DNA of 64,000 nt. It comes from Spirochaetia bacterium (GTDB lineage Bacteria > Spirochaetota > Spirochaetia > CADAEX01). The stretch lies in contig JAZURI010000002.1 in the NCBI GenBank assembly GCA_045606105.1, forward strand, positions 128,001 to 192,000, given 5' to 3'. Shown one piece after another: positions 38,566 through 48,700 of the stretch. The first letter of the stretch is position 1. Every line of letters starts with the position of its first letter. The notes beneath the pieces were generated by a model. The model did not search any database, had not been told where the DNA came from, and saw only the letters and a list, made by a program, of their open reading frames with translations. The translations under genes were made by a program, and so were the position numbers.

Positions 38566-39585
38566 TTAAGGATAATTTTTCCTGAAAGCCATTACCTTGG
38601 ACATGATATTCAAAGAAAGGTCTGAGGTAATGCCTTCTTTCAGATAATGGTAGCCCAGCCCTGCAATCATGGCACCGTTGTCACCGCACAGCTTCATTGA
38701 CGGAATATAGACCTCGTACCCTTTTTCGGAAAGGCTGTTCAGGGATTTTCTGAGATAGGAATTGGCTGCAACCCCTCCCCCCGTAACAATCCTGCTGAGA
38801 CCGGCATCTCCTGCCGCTTTCTTAAGTCTTCTTATAAGCATGTCTATTGCTGTTTTCTGGAATGATGCCGCAATATTCTCAGGGGAATCCTCGTATCCCG
38901 GCCTCCTGAACTGATGAATCTGGTTGATGACCGCTGTTTTGAGACCTGAATAGGAAACATCGTACTTATGCTCCCCCTTATGAAGGGAAGGATCCGGAAA
39001 CGCATAGGCATTGCTGTCACCGGCCTGAGCCATCCTGTCTATTATCAAGCCGCCCGGATATCCCCAGCCGTAGAATTTGGCAATCTTGTCAAAGGCCTCA
39101 CCGCAGGCATCATCTATGGTGGTTCCCATAATTTTCATGGAATCGTAGCTTTCTACCACGGCAATGATGGTATGTCCTCCAGAAACCAGAAGCGCCATGT
39201 GAGGATACGGAATATCGTACTCCAGATGGGCGGCATGGATATGGGCATAGATATGGTCTATTCCCACAAACGGTATACCGGAGGCAAAGGAAAGGGATTT
39301 CGCATAGGAAAGCCCCACCAGCAGGGAGCCTGCCAGCCCCGGTCTTGCTGTTACCGCAATACCGTCTATATCACTGAGCTTCATGCCGGCTTCGTCCAGG
39401 GAGGTCCTGATGACTCCCTTAATCCACTCCACATGGGTACGTGAAGCAATTTCCGGTACCACACCCATGAAAGGCTTATGTATATCAATCTGAGTAGCAA
39501 CTACGTTTGAAAGAATTTTCTTGCCGTCTGCAACAACTGCTGCGGAGCATTCATCACAGGAGGACTCTATTCCGAGAATGTTCAA
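38566..39585 (-). CDS. tsaD: t6A tRNA threonylcarbamoyltransferase TsaD
   Basis: LGIESSCDE, GVVPEIASR, HIYAH, SGGHT, GEAFDK, DNGAMI. Confidence 0.96.
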   Translation of the reverse strand: MNILGIESSCDECSAAVVADGKKILSNVVATQIDIHKPFMGVVPEIASRTHVEWIKGVIRTSLDEAGMKLSDIDGIAVTARPGLAGSLLVGLSYAKSLSFASGIPFVGIDHIYAHIHAAHLEYDIPYPHMALLVSGGHTIIAVVESYDSMKIMGTTIDDACGEAFDKIAKFYGWGYPGGLIIDRMAQAGDSNAYAFPDPSLHKGEHKYDVSYSGLKTAVINQIHQFRRPGYEDSPENIAASFQKTAIDMLIRRLKKAAGDAGLSRIVTGGGVAANSYLRKSLNSLSEKGYEVYIPSMKLCGDNGAMIAGLGYHYLKEGITSDLSLNIMSKVMAFRKNYP

Positions 39586-39590
39586 CTGAT

Positions 39591-40469
39591 TTATTCCTTA
39601 TCTTTTAATATAAAAAAATCGGATACGGAGCCGAAGCAATAACCCTCCTCAATGAAGTCAGGATAGATTTCAAGCATTGTTTCTGCCAGCTCGGAAGCCC
39701 ATACATGGCCTATCATTACGGCATAACCCTTCTTGTCTGCTATTTCCTTACCCTGATTTATTGCTTCCATTATTTTTTCCTTGGTATCGATATTATCCAA
39801 AAATACATCCCTTTTTACAATGGCAAGACCCTTTTTTTCAGCTATCTCACCGCATACGGATTTTGAGTGGGTGAAACTGTCCACAAAGAAAATACCCCTC
39901 TCCCCGACTACTTCAAGCACCGCATCCATAACCCGTCTGTCTATGGTTGCCGCAGATCCCATATGATTGTTCACCCCCACAATGTGAGGAACGGAATCCA
40001 GGTTTTTCCTGAAGGTGGACCTGATTTCCTCATCACTCATGGAAACATAGATTGCTCCCGGACCGGGATCGTTCTTTCCTACAGCTTCCATAGGCTGATG
40101 AAGCATTACGGTTTTTCCTGCCTTATGCACCATTTCTGCAGCCTCTTCGGAATGGGCCAGATGAGGCAGAACAGCAACTGTCAGCTTGCCCGGAAACCGG
40201 AGAAAAGGCTCAAGCTGTCCGATATTGTGTCCCCCGTCGTCAAGTATTATGTAAATCATTTTCTTGGGCTCTTCCTGAGGGGCAGGTATTTCAGGCTCAG
40301 GAACAGGTGTCACCGGTGTTTCGGGAACTGCCGGGGGAATGACCGGCAGCTCTCCTGCAGGGGATGAAACCTCGGATTTCGGCGAATACAGTATTACGGC
40401 AACAATAAGTATCAAAGCAACGGCAATCGCAATACCGGCTAAAAGCAAAGGTTTGTTGTTCTTTTCCAA
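39591..40469 (-). CDS. divergent polysaccharide deacetylase (YibQ-like), membrane-anchored with Pro-rich linker
   Basis: IILDDGG, LHQPME, NNHMGS, RDVFLD, IGH. Confidence 0.9.
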   Translation of the reverse strand: MEKNNKPLLLAGIAIAVALILIVAVILYSPKSEVSSPAGELPVIPPAVPETPVTPVPEPEIPAPQEEPKKMIYIILDDGGHNIGQLEPFLRFPGKLTVAVLPHLAHSEEAAEMVHKAGKTVMLHQPMEAVGKNDPGPGAIYVSMSDEEIRSTFRKNLDSVPHIVGVNNHMGSAATIDRRVMDAVLEVVGERGIFFVDSFTHSKSVCGEIAEKKGLAIVKRDVFLDNIDTKEKIMEAINQGKEIADKKGYAVMIGHVWASELAETMLEIYPDFIEEGYCFGSVSDFFILKDKE

Positions 40470-40512
40470 GATTTCTGCTCCCTTATATTATATTATACAA
40501 ACAAAAATTCCA

Positions 40513-41187
40513 TTAAGCAAGGGAATAAAAGAATTCGCGGATTTCACGCCCTTTTGCAACACCCTTGGTTTCAAATTTTGTAACCGGTCTCCAGGGTGCG
40601 GCTCCGGCAGCTTTAACCAGACCCGGCTCCCCTTCCAGTACCTTATGCATCTGCTCTGCATAATCGGCCCAGTCGGTAACTGTATAGACATATCCTCCGG
40701 CCTTCAGCTTCCGTACCATGAAGGAGGCAAAGCTGCTGTTTATGAGTCTTCTCTTGTTATGCTTCTTCTTCTGCCACGGATCGGGAAAAAAAATATGGAA
40801 ACCGGCAAGAGAGCTGTCATCAATCATGTTTTCCAGGATTTCGCAGGCATCGTGATTCATCACCCTGACATTGGAAAGTCCCTTTTCATGAACCATGTTG
40901 AGCAGAGCCCCCACTCCGGGAGGATAGACATCAACAGCTATGATATTGACCGACGGATTCCTTTCTGCCATCTGCCATGTGGCGGTACCGTCACCGAAGC
41001 CTATTTCCATAACCACGGGATTTGAATTTCCGAACACCCGGGTAAAATCAAGCTTTTTCCCCTCTTCAAAGGGAATGCCGTAGAGAGCTGTATAGTTGTC
41101 CATGGCATTGCGCTGAAGATTTGTCATACGACCGCTTCTGACGATAAAGCTTTTTATTGTCTTAATATATTTCTTTTCCTCTTCCAT
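40513..41187 (-). CDS. trmB: tRNA (guanine-N7)-methyltransferase TrmB
   Basis: EIGFGDG, FPDPWQKKKH, TDWADY, TKFE. Confidence 0.95.
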   Translation of the reverse strand: MEEEKKYIKTIKSFIVRSGRMTNLQRNAMDNYTALYGIPFEEGKKLDFTRVFGNSNPVVMEIGFGDGTATWQMAERNPSVNIIAVDVYPPGVGALLNMVHEKGLSNVRVMNHDACEILENMIDDSSLAGFHIFFPDPWQKKKHNKRRLINSSFASFMVRKLKAGGYVYTVTDWADYAEQMHKVLEGEPGLVKAAGAAPWRPVTKFETKGVAKGREIREFFYSLA

Positions 41188-41200
41188 ATTTCCTCTGAAA

Positions 41201-44200
41201 CTACAGGAGTCTTGTAAGATTGTCCCTGATAAAGGCCGATTTTTCCTTCAGGTCTATAAGATCTGTCTTCATCATAAGATTATTCGGTCTGTCGGGAGCC
41301 AGTTTTATCTTGCCCCCTCCTTCCGTAACAAGCCTGACAACCTTGTCTATTGATATCATCGACATTCTGGCAAAGGTAATCACTATCTCCCCTCTTTTCT
41401 CCCTGAGGGACGAAATCTGAAGCTTTGTACAGAGTATCCTGATTTCTGCCAATGAAACAAGACTCTCTACCTCGTCCGGTATCGGACCGAACCGGTCCTC
41501 CATTTCGGTACAGATTATACCAAGCTCACCATCCGAGGTGACACCTGCGATTTTCTTGTATATTTCCAGCTTTTCCGACTGATCCCTGATATAGGAATCG
41601 GGAATATAGCCGCTGTATTCCAGCTCAAGGTAGACATCGCCTGTCCTTATCTCATCCTTCTTGTGCTCCAGCTCTCCCACAGCCTCGTCGATAAGGCGGA
41701 GATACATGTCAAAGCCTACGGAGCTGATTTCACCGCTCTGGTCACGCCCCAGCAGGTTTCCGGCACCGCGGACCTCCAGGTCCTTCATTGCCACCTTGAA
41801 GCCGGCTCCCAGTCCCGTATTGTCCGAAATGATACGGAGTCTTTTCATGGCAATTTCAGAAATGGCCAGATGATCAGGATAAAGAAGATAGGCATAGGCC
41901 AGCCGGTCAGACCTTCCTACGCGTCCCCTGAGCTGATACAGCTGGGAAATACCGTACATGTCGGCCCTGTCTATGATAATGGTGTTTACATTGGGAATAT
42001 CTATACCGTTTTCAATTATGGTGGTGGAGATAAGGACATGGATTCCCTTGTTTATGAACCTGTCCATTACATCCTCCAGCTCCTGTCCGCTCATCTTTCC
42101 GTGGGCAGTTTCCATGGTAAGCTCAGGGATAAGGCTTTCCAGATACAGGCGTACCTCATCCAGGGTTTCTACCCTGTTGTGAAGATAGAAAACCTGTCCG
42201 CCCCGTTCTATTTCACGGGTAATGGCTTTCCGGACCACATCCTCGCTGTAGGGCTCCACAAAGGTCTCTATAGGTCTTCTGTTTCTCGGCGGTGTCTCCA
42301 GTACGGAAAGGTCGCGGATTTTGAGAAGCGACATGTGGAGTGTTCTCGGAATCGGAGTGGCCGAAAGGGTAAGACAGTCCACCGAGGTCTTCAGTTCCTT
42401 CATTTTTTCCTTGTCCTTAACCCCGAACCGCTGCTCCTCATCTATGACCATAAGGCCCAGATTCCTGAAAGCCACATCCTTCTGGAGGATACGGTGGGTT
42501 CCTATGATTATGTCGGCCCGGCCTGTTTTAAGCTCCTCTATTACAGCCTTCTGCTCCTGTCTCGGTACAAAACGGGAAAGAAGACGGACCGTAACCGGGA
42601 AATTGCCGAAACGCTCCTTGAAATTGTTGTAATGCTGCTCTGCCAGAATGGTTGTAGGACAAAGGAACGCAACCTGCTTGCCGCCGTCCACAGCCTTGAA
42701 AACGGCACGCATGGCTATTTCTGTCTTTCCGTAGCCCACATCGCCGCACACCAGCCTGTCCATAGGGAAGGAGCTTTCCATATCGCTCTTGACCTCATCT
42801 ATGCAACGGAGCTGATCCTCTGTTTCGTCATACGGAAAGGCAGCCTCAAACTGAATCTGCATGTCACTGTCGGCAGGAAATGAATACCCGGTGGCATTCT
42901 TCCTTCTGGAATAGAGCTTAATAAGCCGTTTTGCCAGATCCTCGGCCGCTTTTTTTGCCTTGTTCTTTCTGGCCTCCCAGGATTTTCCCCCTATACGGTC
43001 CAGCCGCGGGGATGCCCCCTCCGAACCGATATAGCGCTGAACCAGGTTAACCTGTTCGATGGGAATGTAGAGGGTTTCCTCTTCGGCATATTCAATCTTT
43101 ATATAATCTCTTTCGGTAGTACTGTTACTGATTCTGTCGATACCGATAAACCGTCCGATTCCGTAGTTTACATGAACTACGAAGTCCCCCTTGTTAAGCT
43201 CCACAAAGGAATCTATAGGACGGCTTTTTGCCCTCTTTACAGAGGCGGGTACCCTTTTCTTCCTGCCGAAAATCTCATTTTCCTGAATAGCCATGATATG
43301 ACTGTCCGGAAGCACGAAGCCGCCCGATATATAGCCGTTGATTACCTCAAGGTCAAGATCCTCAAGGATTTTCCTGATTCTGGAGGCCTGGGTTTCGGAA
43401 TTGGAAAAAATATAGATTCTGTATCCGTTGGAAGCAAGAAGACGGAGCTCATCCTTAAGAAATGCAAAATTACCGAAAAAGGAACGACCCTGCTCATAAC
43501 TGTAACGGATTATGTCCCGTCCCCCCTCCCGGGAATTTGCCAGTACGGGAAAATATATCTTTCTTTCAGATTTTTTTTCCAGAGAGTCGAAATCAATGAG
43601 TATTTTTCTGATTTCAGGGGGATTTTCAAAGGTTTTTCTTCCGAACTGACGGTAAAGGGACTTATATTCCTCCTCCATGGTCCTGCCTCTTCCGGGAAGA
43701 AGCTCGCTGTCAATCATAAGAAGAGTGGAAAATTCAGGAAGATACCCCAGAATGTTATCCGTTTTTTCAAAGGTAAGGGGAAAGATATACTCCTCGCCCG
43801 GTGCCTCTCCATGGGTTTTCAGACCTGAAAGAGCCTCCTTGGTAAAAAAGTCCATGCTTTCAGCTTTATCAATGTTTTCCTTTTTCCAGATAATTTCCCT
43901 GCAGGGAGGAATAAGGATATCGGTAAATTTTCCGGATGATTTCTGGGTTATGGGATCCAGCCCGGTTATTTTCTCAATTTCGTCAAAATCCAGAACAACA
44001 CGGATTGCTTCGTCACTTCCAAAGGGAAAAAAATCAAAGACCTCTCCCCTGAGGGCAAAATCTCCTGCCACAGTAACCTTGGGAACCCTGATATAACCGC
44101 ACTCCTGCATGTTATGCTCAAGCTTTTCAACATTTATGCTGTCCCCTTTTCTCAGCCTGCAGATATGCTTCCGGATAAAATCGGCCGGTACCATGGGGGT

Positions 44201-44587
44201 AAGGAAGGCATCCACAGAGGTTACAACCACCCTTTTCGGATCTGTCAGAATGGAGGCAATGGCTTTCATCCTGTCGCTGAAGTTCCTTGTACCCGGGCTG
44301 TCCCCTTTATAAGGAAGGGTGTTCCAGGCAGGGAGCAGGACCGCCTTTTCCGAAACCAGGGAAATATCGCTGAAAAACAGCTCTGCCTCTCTTTCCGTAG
44401 GGAGAACCGCAAGAAGGGTCCCCTTTGAATAGCGGAGAAGATCGTCAATGACCACAGCCAGAGGCAGCTTCCTGATTCCCGATACGGTAATAGGAAACTT
44501 TCTGTCAATAAAGGCATTCACAAGAGTTTCGTGGGTAATCTGGGAATTATATATCTTTTTCAGTTCAGTTAAAAAATTTTCAGTCAT
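41201..44587 (-). CDS. mfd: transcription-repair coupling factor Mfd
   Basis: VVHVNYGIG (RID), GDVGYGKT, DEEQRFG, SATPIPRTL, QLRGRVGR; promoter TTGTAA-17-TATACT at 44629-44601. Confidence 0.97.
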   Translation of the reverse strand: MTENFLTELKKIYNSQITHETLVNAFIDRKFPITVSGIRKLPLAVVIDDLLRYSKGTLLAVLPTEREAELFFSDISLVSEKAVLLPAWNTLPYKGDSPGTRNFSDRMKAIASILTDPKRVVVTSVDAFLTPMVPADFIRKHICRLRKGDSINVEKLEHNMQECGYIRVPKVTVAGDFALRGEVFDFFPFGSDEAIRVVLDFDEIEKITGLDPITQKSSGKFTDILIPPCREIIWKKENIDKAESMDFFTKEALSGLKTHGEAPGEEYIFPLTFEKTDNILGYLPEFSTLLMIDSELLPGRGRTMEEEYKSLYRQFGRKTFENPPEIRKILIDFDSLEKKSERKIYFPVLANSREGGRDIIRYSYEQGRSFFGNFAFLKDELRLLASNGYRIYIFSNSETQASRIRKILEDLDLEVINGYISGGFVLPDSHIMAIQENEIFGRKKRVPASVKRAKSRPIDSFVELNKGDFVVHVNYGIGRFIGIDRISNSTTERDYIKIEYAEEETLYIPIEQVNLVQRYIGSEGASPRLDRIGGKSWEARKNKAKKAAEDLAKRLIKLYSRRKNATGYSFPADSDMQIQFEAAFPYDETEDQLRCIDEVKSDMESSFPMDRLVCGDVGYGKTEIAMRAVFKAVDGGKQVAFLCPTTILAEQHYNNFKERFGNFPVTVRLLSRFVPRQEQKAVIEELKTGRADIIIGTHRILQKDVAFRNLGLMVIDEEQRFGVKDKEKMKELKTSVDCLTLSATPIPRTLHMSLLKIRDLSVLETPPRNRRPIETFVEPYSEDVVRKAITREIERGGQVFYLHNRVETLDEVRLYLESLIPELTMETAHGKMSGQELEDVMDRFINKGIHVLISTTIIENGIDIPNVNTIIIDRADMYGISQLYQLRGRVGRSDRLAYAYLLYPDHLAISEIAMKRLRIISDNTGLGAGFKVAMKDLEVRGAGNLLGRDQSGEISSVGFDMYLRLIDEAVGELEHKKDEIRTGDVYLELEYSGYIPDSYIRDQSEKLEIYKKIAGVTSDGELGIICTEMEDRFGPIPDEVESLVSLAEIRILCTKLQISSLREKRGEIVITFARMSMISIDKVVRLVTEGGGKIKLAPDRPNNLMMKTDLIDLKEKSAFIRDNLTRLL

Positions 44588-44703
44588 GTATATTGATGAC
44601 AGTATAAATATTACTTGGTTAATTTACAATAAAGAGCAATAATTTTTTAATTTTAATATGGATATTATGAAAGATATGTGGGATAATCCAATCAGGTGTT
44701 CAG

Positions 44704-45378
44704 ATGAAAATTCTTTGTATAGCTGAAAACAGAAACCTGAGATATGCCATAGAGCAGATACTGGGCAGCAATGAAAACTCACTTGTCTTTGCAGAGGATC
44801 CGCTGGCAGAAACCGAAAGGCTCAGGAGCTGCAGTCCCGATATCATTCTCATGAACTTTGAAGATTATCCCCTTCACTGGAAGCCGTTTCTGATCATGGC
44901 AGACCGGATTCTGGAGGGAGGCTACAGATTCATTCTCCTGACCGGAAGAACATTCCTTATTGAAGAGAGCACTGCGGCAGAGTACCTTGGAGCAGAGCTG
45001 ATTCCGTGGAATACGGAGGTCAGATTTTTCAGAGGAGAGCTGAGAAAGGCTGTAACAGGGACATATCCTGTCAGAAAAAAACAGGGAAGCCTTCCAAAGG
45101 CTGATTTTGCATTCATGCTTCCCGGCAGCTGCGAGATGATTTTTGCAGAGCGGGTATGGCAGCTTTCAGACCGGGATATTGTCTTTACCCTGGAAAAGGA
45201 AAAATCAAGACAGCTTTCCGAAACGGGAGAAATCCACAACTGTATTCTGAGACTGGGCAATGAAATCATCAGACCGGCATGCAGGGTGGAATCCATAGGA
45301 AAAAACATCAGGATGCTCTTCACCTCAATCACGGACTCTGAAAAAGAGAAAATAAACAACAGCTTTACATATATCTGA
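44704..45378 (+). CDS. hypothetical protein: receiver-like N-terminus, possible degenerate PilZ-like C-terminus
   Basis: MKILCI..PDIILMN receiver pattern; C-terminal beta-rich segment ending ITDSEKEKINNS. Confidence 0.55.
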   Translation: MKILCIAENRNLRYAIEQILGSNENSLVFAEDPLAETERLRSCSPDIILMNFEDYPLHWKPFLIMADRILEGGYRFILLTGRTFLIEESTAAEYLGAELIPWNTEVRFFRGELRKAVTGTYPVRKKQGSLPKADFAFMLPGSCEMIFAERVWQLSDRDIVFTLEKEKSRQLSETGEIHNCILRLGNEIIRPACRVESIGKNIRMLFTSITDSEKEKINNSFTYI

Positions 45379-46362
45379 TCAGAAAATCATATAGGATTCG
45401 ATGGAATTATCCTTCAGAAGCAATACTGTATTGTTCACATCCATCCCTTCCGTTACGGGAATAATGACCTTGTACATTTTATTTCCGTTGGCAGGAACGG
45501 TATTTATTACAGCCTTCAGATTCAGTTCTGCAATCTTTTTCTTCATGCTGTCGGCATTTTCCATGCTGCTGAAGGAACCGACCTGAATGGCAGACGGTAC
45601 GGCAATGGTCTTCTCCTCCTCGGTGCCGGAAATATCGGCATCGGCAGGAAGCTTTTCTTCGTTTTTAACGCCTGCAGGTACATATCCTGAATCGATGAAA
45701 ATCCTTGACGGGGTAACGGGAAAAGAGCTCTCCCGTGCTGCCAGCTTCCCCTCAAAGCCCGATTTCCTGAGCTTTTTCTCCGCAGCTGTGCGAGTATCCT
45801 CGATTCCGTATACTGTGGCAATATCGTAAACCAGATATACCTCTGAGCTTTCCGATGCTCCGGCCAGTACGGCATCCAGAAGAGCTTTTCCTCCGGCATT
45901 GTCCCCCTTGTAGAAAAGCAGGGCTCCCTTCATGGCAGTCGCCTTCCTGCCGTAGGTATCTGTATCCCCCTCTGCAACAATTCCGAACATTTTTTCAGCC
46001 TGCTCTGTCTTGCCTGTTTCGTGGTATATGACACCTGCCATATAGAGATTGTCATAGGATTTAGGGCTGACTCCGTAGGCCCTCTCATAGTAGCTGCATG
46101 CAGTTTCCAGGTTTCCGGTAACATGGGCCAGATCTGCAGTTGCCCGGTAAATGCGGTATTTGTCGGTAATCCTTGCGGAACAGAAATTAACAGCCTCGAT
46201 TATCCTGGACGGAGACTTTTCCAGAACAAATATACGGTCCAGTGCCTTATCGGGACTGATTTCGGTATTACGGAGCTGCTTGTAACAGTCGCTTAATTCG
46301 TCACCGTAGAGAGGAGATGAGAGTAAAAGAAATATTATGAGAATTTCAGATAGTCTTTTCAT
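45379..46362 (-). CDS. exported TPR + SPOR domain protein
   Basis: Signal peptide MKRLSEILIIFLLLSSPLYG, TPR-like helices, IQVGSFSSMENA SPOR motif; start at 46362. Confidence 0.85.
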   Translation of the reverse strand: MKRLSEILIIFLLLSSPLYGDELSDCYKQLRNTEISPDKALDRIFVLEKSPSRIIEAVNFCSARITDKYRIYRATADLAHVTGNLETACSYYERAYGVSPKSYDNLYMAGVIYHETGKTEQAEKMFGIVAEGDTDTYGRKATAMKGALLFYKGDNAGGKALLDAVLAGASESSEVYLVYDIATVYGIEDTRTAAEKKLRKSGFEGKLAARESSFPVTPSRIFIDSGYVPAGVKNEEKLPADADISGTEEEKTIAVPSAIQVGSFSSMENADSMKKKIAELNLKAVINTVPANGNKMYKVIIPVTEGMDVNNTVLLLKDNSIESYMIF

Positions 46363-46615
46363 CCTTGATTTCTTCTTTTTTATCCTTTTTCTTTTCCTTT
46401 TCCTTTTTTTCCTTATTCTTGGTCTTTGAAGTAAAAACAAAAGGGAGCATAAACAGAGCACCCAGAGCAAAGGAAACAGTTACCGAAAGAAAAATCGGAA
46501 CATTGCTTATTTTCCTGAATCCGAAATTGATATCTGTGACATTGGACAGATTCATTGCGGCAAACAGGGCATATATACAGATAAATATTACAAAAACTAT
46601 CATTTTTCCTTTCAT
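46346..46615 (-). CDS. small membrane protein, LapA-like
   Basis: FAAMN..TDINFGF..VPIFL pattern; Lys/Glu-rich tail. Confidence 0.65.
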   Translation of the reverse strand: MKGKMIVFVIFICIYALFAAMNLSNVTDINFGFRKISNVPIFLSVTVSFALGALFMLPFVFTSKTKNKEKKEKEKKKDKKEEIKDEKTI

Positions 46616-47904
46616 ATAACCTCACCTTTAAGAGTATTACCCACAGCGGAAACAATTTTCACATCCATGAATGTTCCTATTTTATCACATTTTTCTGCAA
46701 ATACAACCATATCATCCCCTTCAGTTCTTCCCAGAAGCTCTTTTTCATCCTTTTTGGAGACAGATTCAACAAGAACCCTTCTTACTGAACCGACCTTGCT
46801 TTCCTTCAGCTCTCCGCTTATCCTGTGCTGGAGTGAAATGATCCTGTCCAGACGGGCCAGCTTGATTTCGTGAGGAACGCTGTCAGGCAATGTACAGGCC
46901 TTTGTTCCCTCCCTGGGATTGTAATAATAGGTATATGCATCGGAATACCTGACCTTTTCCATAAGCTCGGCAGTGGCAAGCCAGTCCTCCTCCTTTTCCC
47001 CCGGAAACCCGATGAGAATATCGGTGGTCAGGGATACGCCCCTTATCTTTTCCTTTATTTCGGCAATGATATCGAGATAACGGCCGGAGGTATATTTTCT
47101 GTTCATAAGCTCCAGGATCCTGTCGCTGCCGTGCTGTACCGGAAGATGGATATGGCTGCAGATCTGCGGATATTCCGCTATGGTATCGATAAGGTCGGAG
47201 CCGAAATCCTTAGGGTGGGATGACATGAACCTTATCCAGCCCACGGATGAGATATTCTCGCAGGTAAGCTTCAGCAATGTGGCAAAATCTATCTCCTTTC
47301 CCTTATAAAATCCACGGTAGGAGTTTACATTCTGTCCCAGGAAGGTAATCTCCTTTACCCCCTTGCTGTCCAGAAAGCGGACCTCGTTGATAACAGCCTC
47401 GGCATCCCTTGAAATCTCCCTTCCCCGTACATACGGAACAATACAATAGGAACAGAAATTGTTGCAGCCGTGCATTATCGGCACAAAGGCCTTGAAGCTG
47501 CTGCCGTCGGAATGGTAATCCATGAATACATATTTGTCGGAAGCCTTTTTTTCAGGGATTGAATCCAGATACTCCAGGATATTGTTCTTTTCAAAGGTTC
47601 CCAGTACATAATCCACAGTTCCCTTTCCTTCCCTGAGCAGCTCCTCCTTGATACGCTCTGCCATACATCCTATTATGACAAGCCTGAAATCAGAGCTTTT
47701 TTTCAGTCTCCTGAAATAACCGATACGTCCCCATATCCTGTCCTCTGCAGTCTTGCGTACAGAGCATGTGTTTATGATAACCAGATCGGCATCTGCATCC
47801 TTTGCACAGGGCTCCCAGCCCCTTTTCCTGAGGAGAAGCTCCAGCGAGTCTGATTCTGCCTTGTTCATCTGGCAGCCGTATGTTTCAAGCCAATATTTAT
47901 TCAT
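46612..47904 (-). CDS. miaB: tRNA-i6A37 methylthiotransferase MiaB
   Basis: TYGCQMN, NTCSVR, GCNNFCSYC, TRAM domain. Confidence 0.95.
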   Translation of the reverse strand: MNKYWLETYGCQMNKAESDSLELLLRKRGWEPCAKDADADLVIINTCSVRKTAEDRIWGRIGYFRRLKKSSDFRLVIIGCMAERIKEELLREGKGTVDYVLGTFEKNNILEYLDSIPEKKASDKYVFMDYHSDGSSFKAFVPIMHGCNNFCSYCIVPYVRGREISRDAEAVINEVRFLDSKGVKEITFLGQNVNSYRGFYKGKEIDFATLLKLTCENISSVGWIRFMSSHPKDFGSDLIDTIAEYPQICSHIHLPVQHGSDRILELMNRKYTSGRYLDIIAEIKEKIRGVSLTTDILIGFPGEKEEDWLATAELMEKVRYSDAYTYYYNPREGTKACTLPDSVPHEIKLARLDRIISLQHRISGELKESKVGSVRRVLVESVSKKDEKELLGRTEGDDMVVFAEKCDKIGTFMDVKIVSAVGNTLKGEVI

Positions 47905-48700
47905 CTGTTTTCTCTTTTATGAATTTTCTAACAAGTTCCCAGTCATTGTCAATAGGGACAACAATCCAGGCCCCCTTATCAAAATCCTCATCCACATCGG
48001 AAGCCTTTAATCCGTGATGGAGAAGATTTGAATAGGTTTCGTAAAGAACATTACCCGTCCCCAGGGAAATATTCCTGATTTTCTCTATTTTACCCATGGT
48101 CCGGTAAAGTGTGTAGGCCTCTTTAAGGGAAATATCGGTTTTTGTATATCTGAAGCCGATTCTGATTATGCTGCCCAGTTTTCCGATATCTGCAACACCT
48201 ATTTCCCCCAGCTTATCCTTAACTGCCATAAGAATCTTCTGCTGTCGGTAATCCCTGGAAAAAACAGGAGTAAAATGGCGTGCCCTGGCTATTCTCAGAG
48301 CCTCTATTCCGTTTACATGATGAATTCCGGCAGGATAAAACAGTGTGGTCCAGTTGCCGTTTTCATCCCTTACCCTGTAGGTAGGATCCACAAGGGGCTC
48401 CTCCAGCTCAACATCTATTCCTCCGAGAACATTAACCAGTTCCACAAAAGCATACATGTCCACCACCGCATGGCGGTTTATTTCAAGCCCCGTGATTTCC
48501 GAAACAGTTCCGGCCAGGGTTTCTATACCGTAGGTTCCGTAAAGGCTGTTTATTTTCTTTTTTTTGTGGTAAAGGTCTCGCGGAATACTGATAAGATTTG
48601 CATAATTTCTTTCCATATCAAGAGATACAATTATTATGGCATCGGTATTGTTCTGATTTGTCCCGCAGACCAGTATGTTGAACAGGTTATCTGAGTTCAG
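47897..48700 (-). CDS. LytR-CpsA-Psr (LCP) domain; C-terminal part of a frameshifted gene
   Basis: NILVCGT..TDAIIIVS (upstream of first ATG 48616), SIPRD, KINS, GGIDV, ARARH, RDYRQQ. Confidence 0.85.
   Translation of the reverse strand: MNSDNLFNILVCGTNQNNTDAIIIVSLDMERNYANLISIPRDLYHKKKKINSLYGTYGIETLAGTVSEITGLEINRHAVVDMYAFVELVNVLGGIDVELEEPLVDPTYRVRDENGNWTTLFYPAGIHHVNGIEALRIARARHFTPVFSRDYRQQKILMAVKDKLGEIGVADIGKLGSIIRIGFRYTKTDISLKEAYTLYRTMGKIEKIRNISLGTGNVLYETYSNLLHHGLKASDVDEDFDKGAWIVVPIDNDWELVRKFIKEKTDE

Noticed and set aside
41663-42883. Long antisense ORFs (406 aa opposite mfd; similar ones opposite the ehr, fab, ABC and secA genes)
   Set aside because: Shadow frames of well-conserved genes, with no RBS or motifs.
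46360-46420. Low-complexity T-rich tract as a possible tandem repeat
   Set aside because: It encodes the Lys/Glu-rich tail of the small membrane protein and has no regular unit.
45379-46470. Upstream-extended starts in the ORF track (46470; also 3784, 16143, 23571, 25279, 33191, 33405, 51819)
   Set aside because: They overlap neighbouring genes or terminators; downstream ATGs fit the RBS, signal peptide or family start better.
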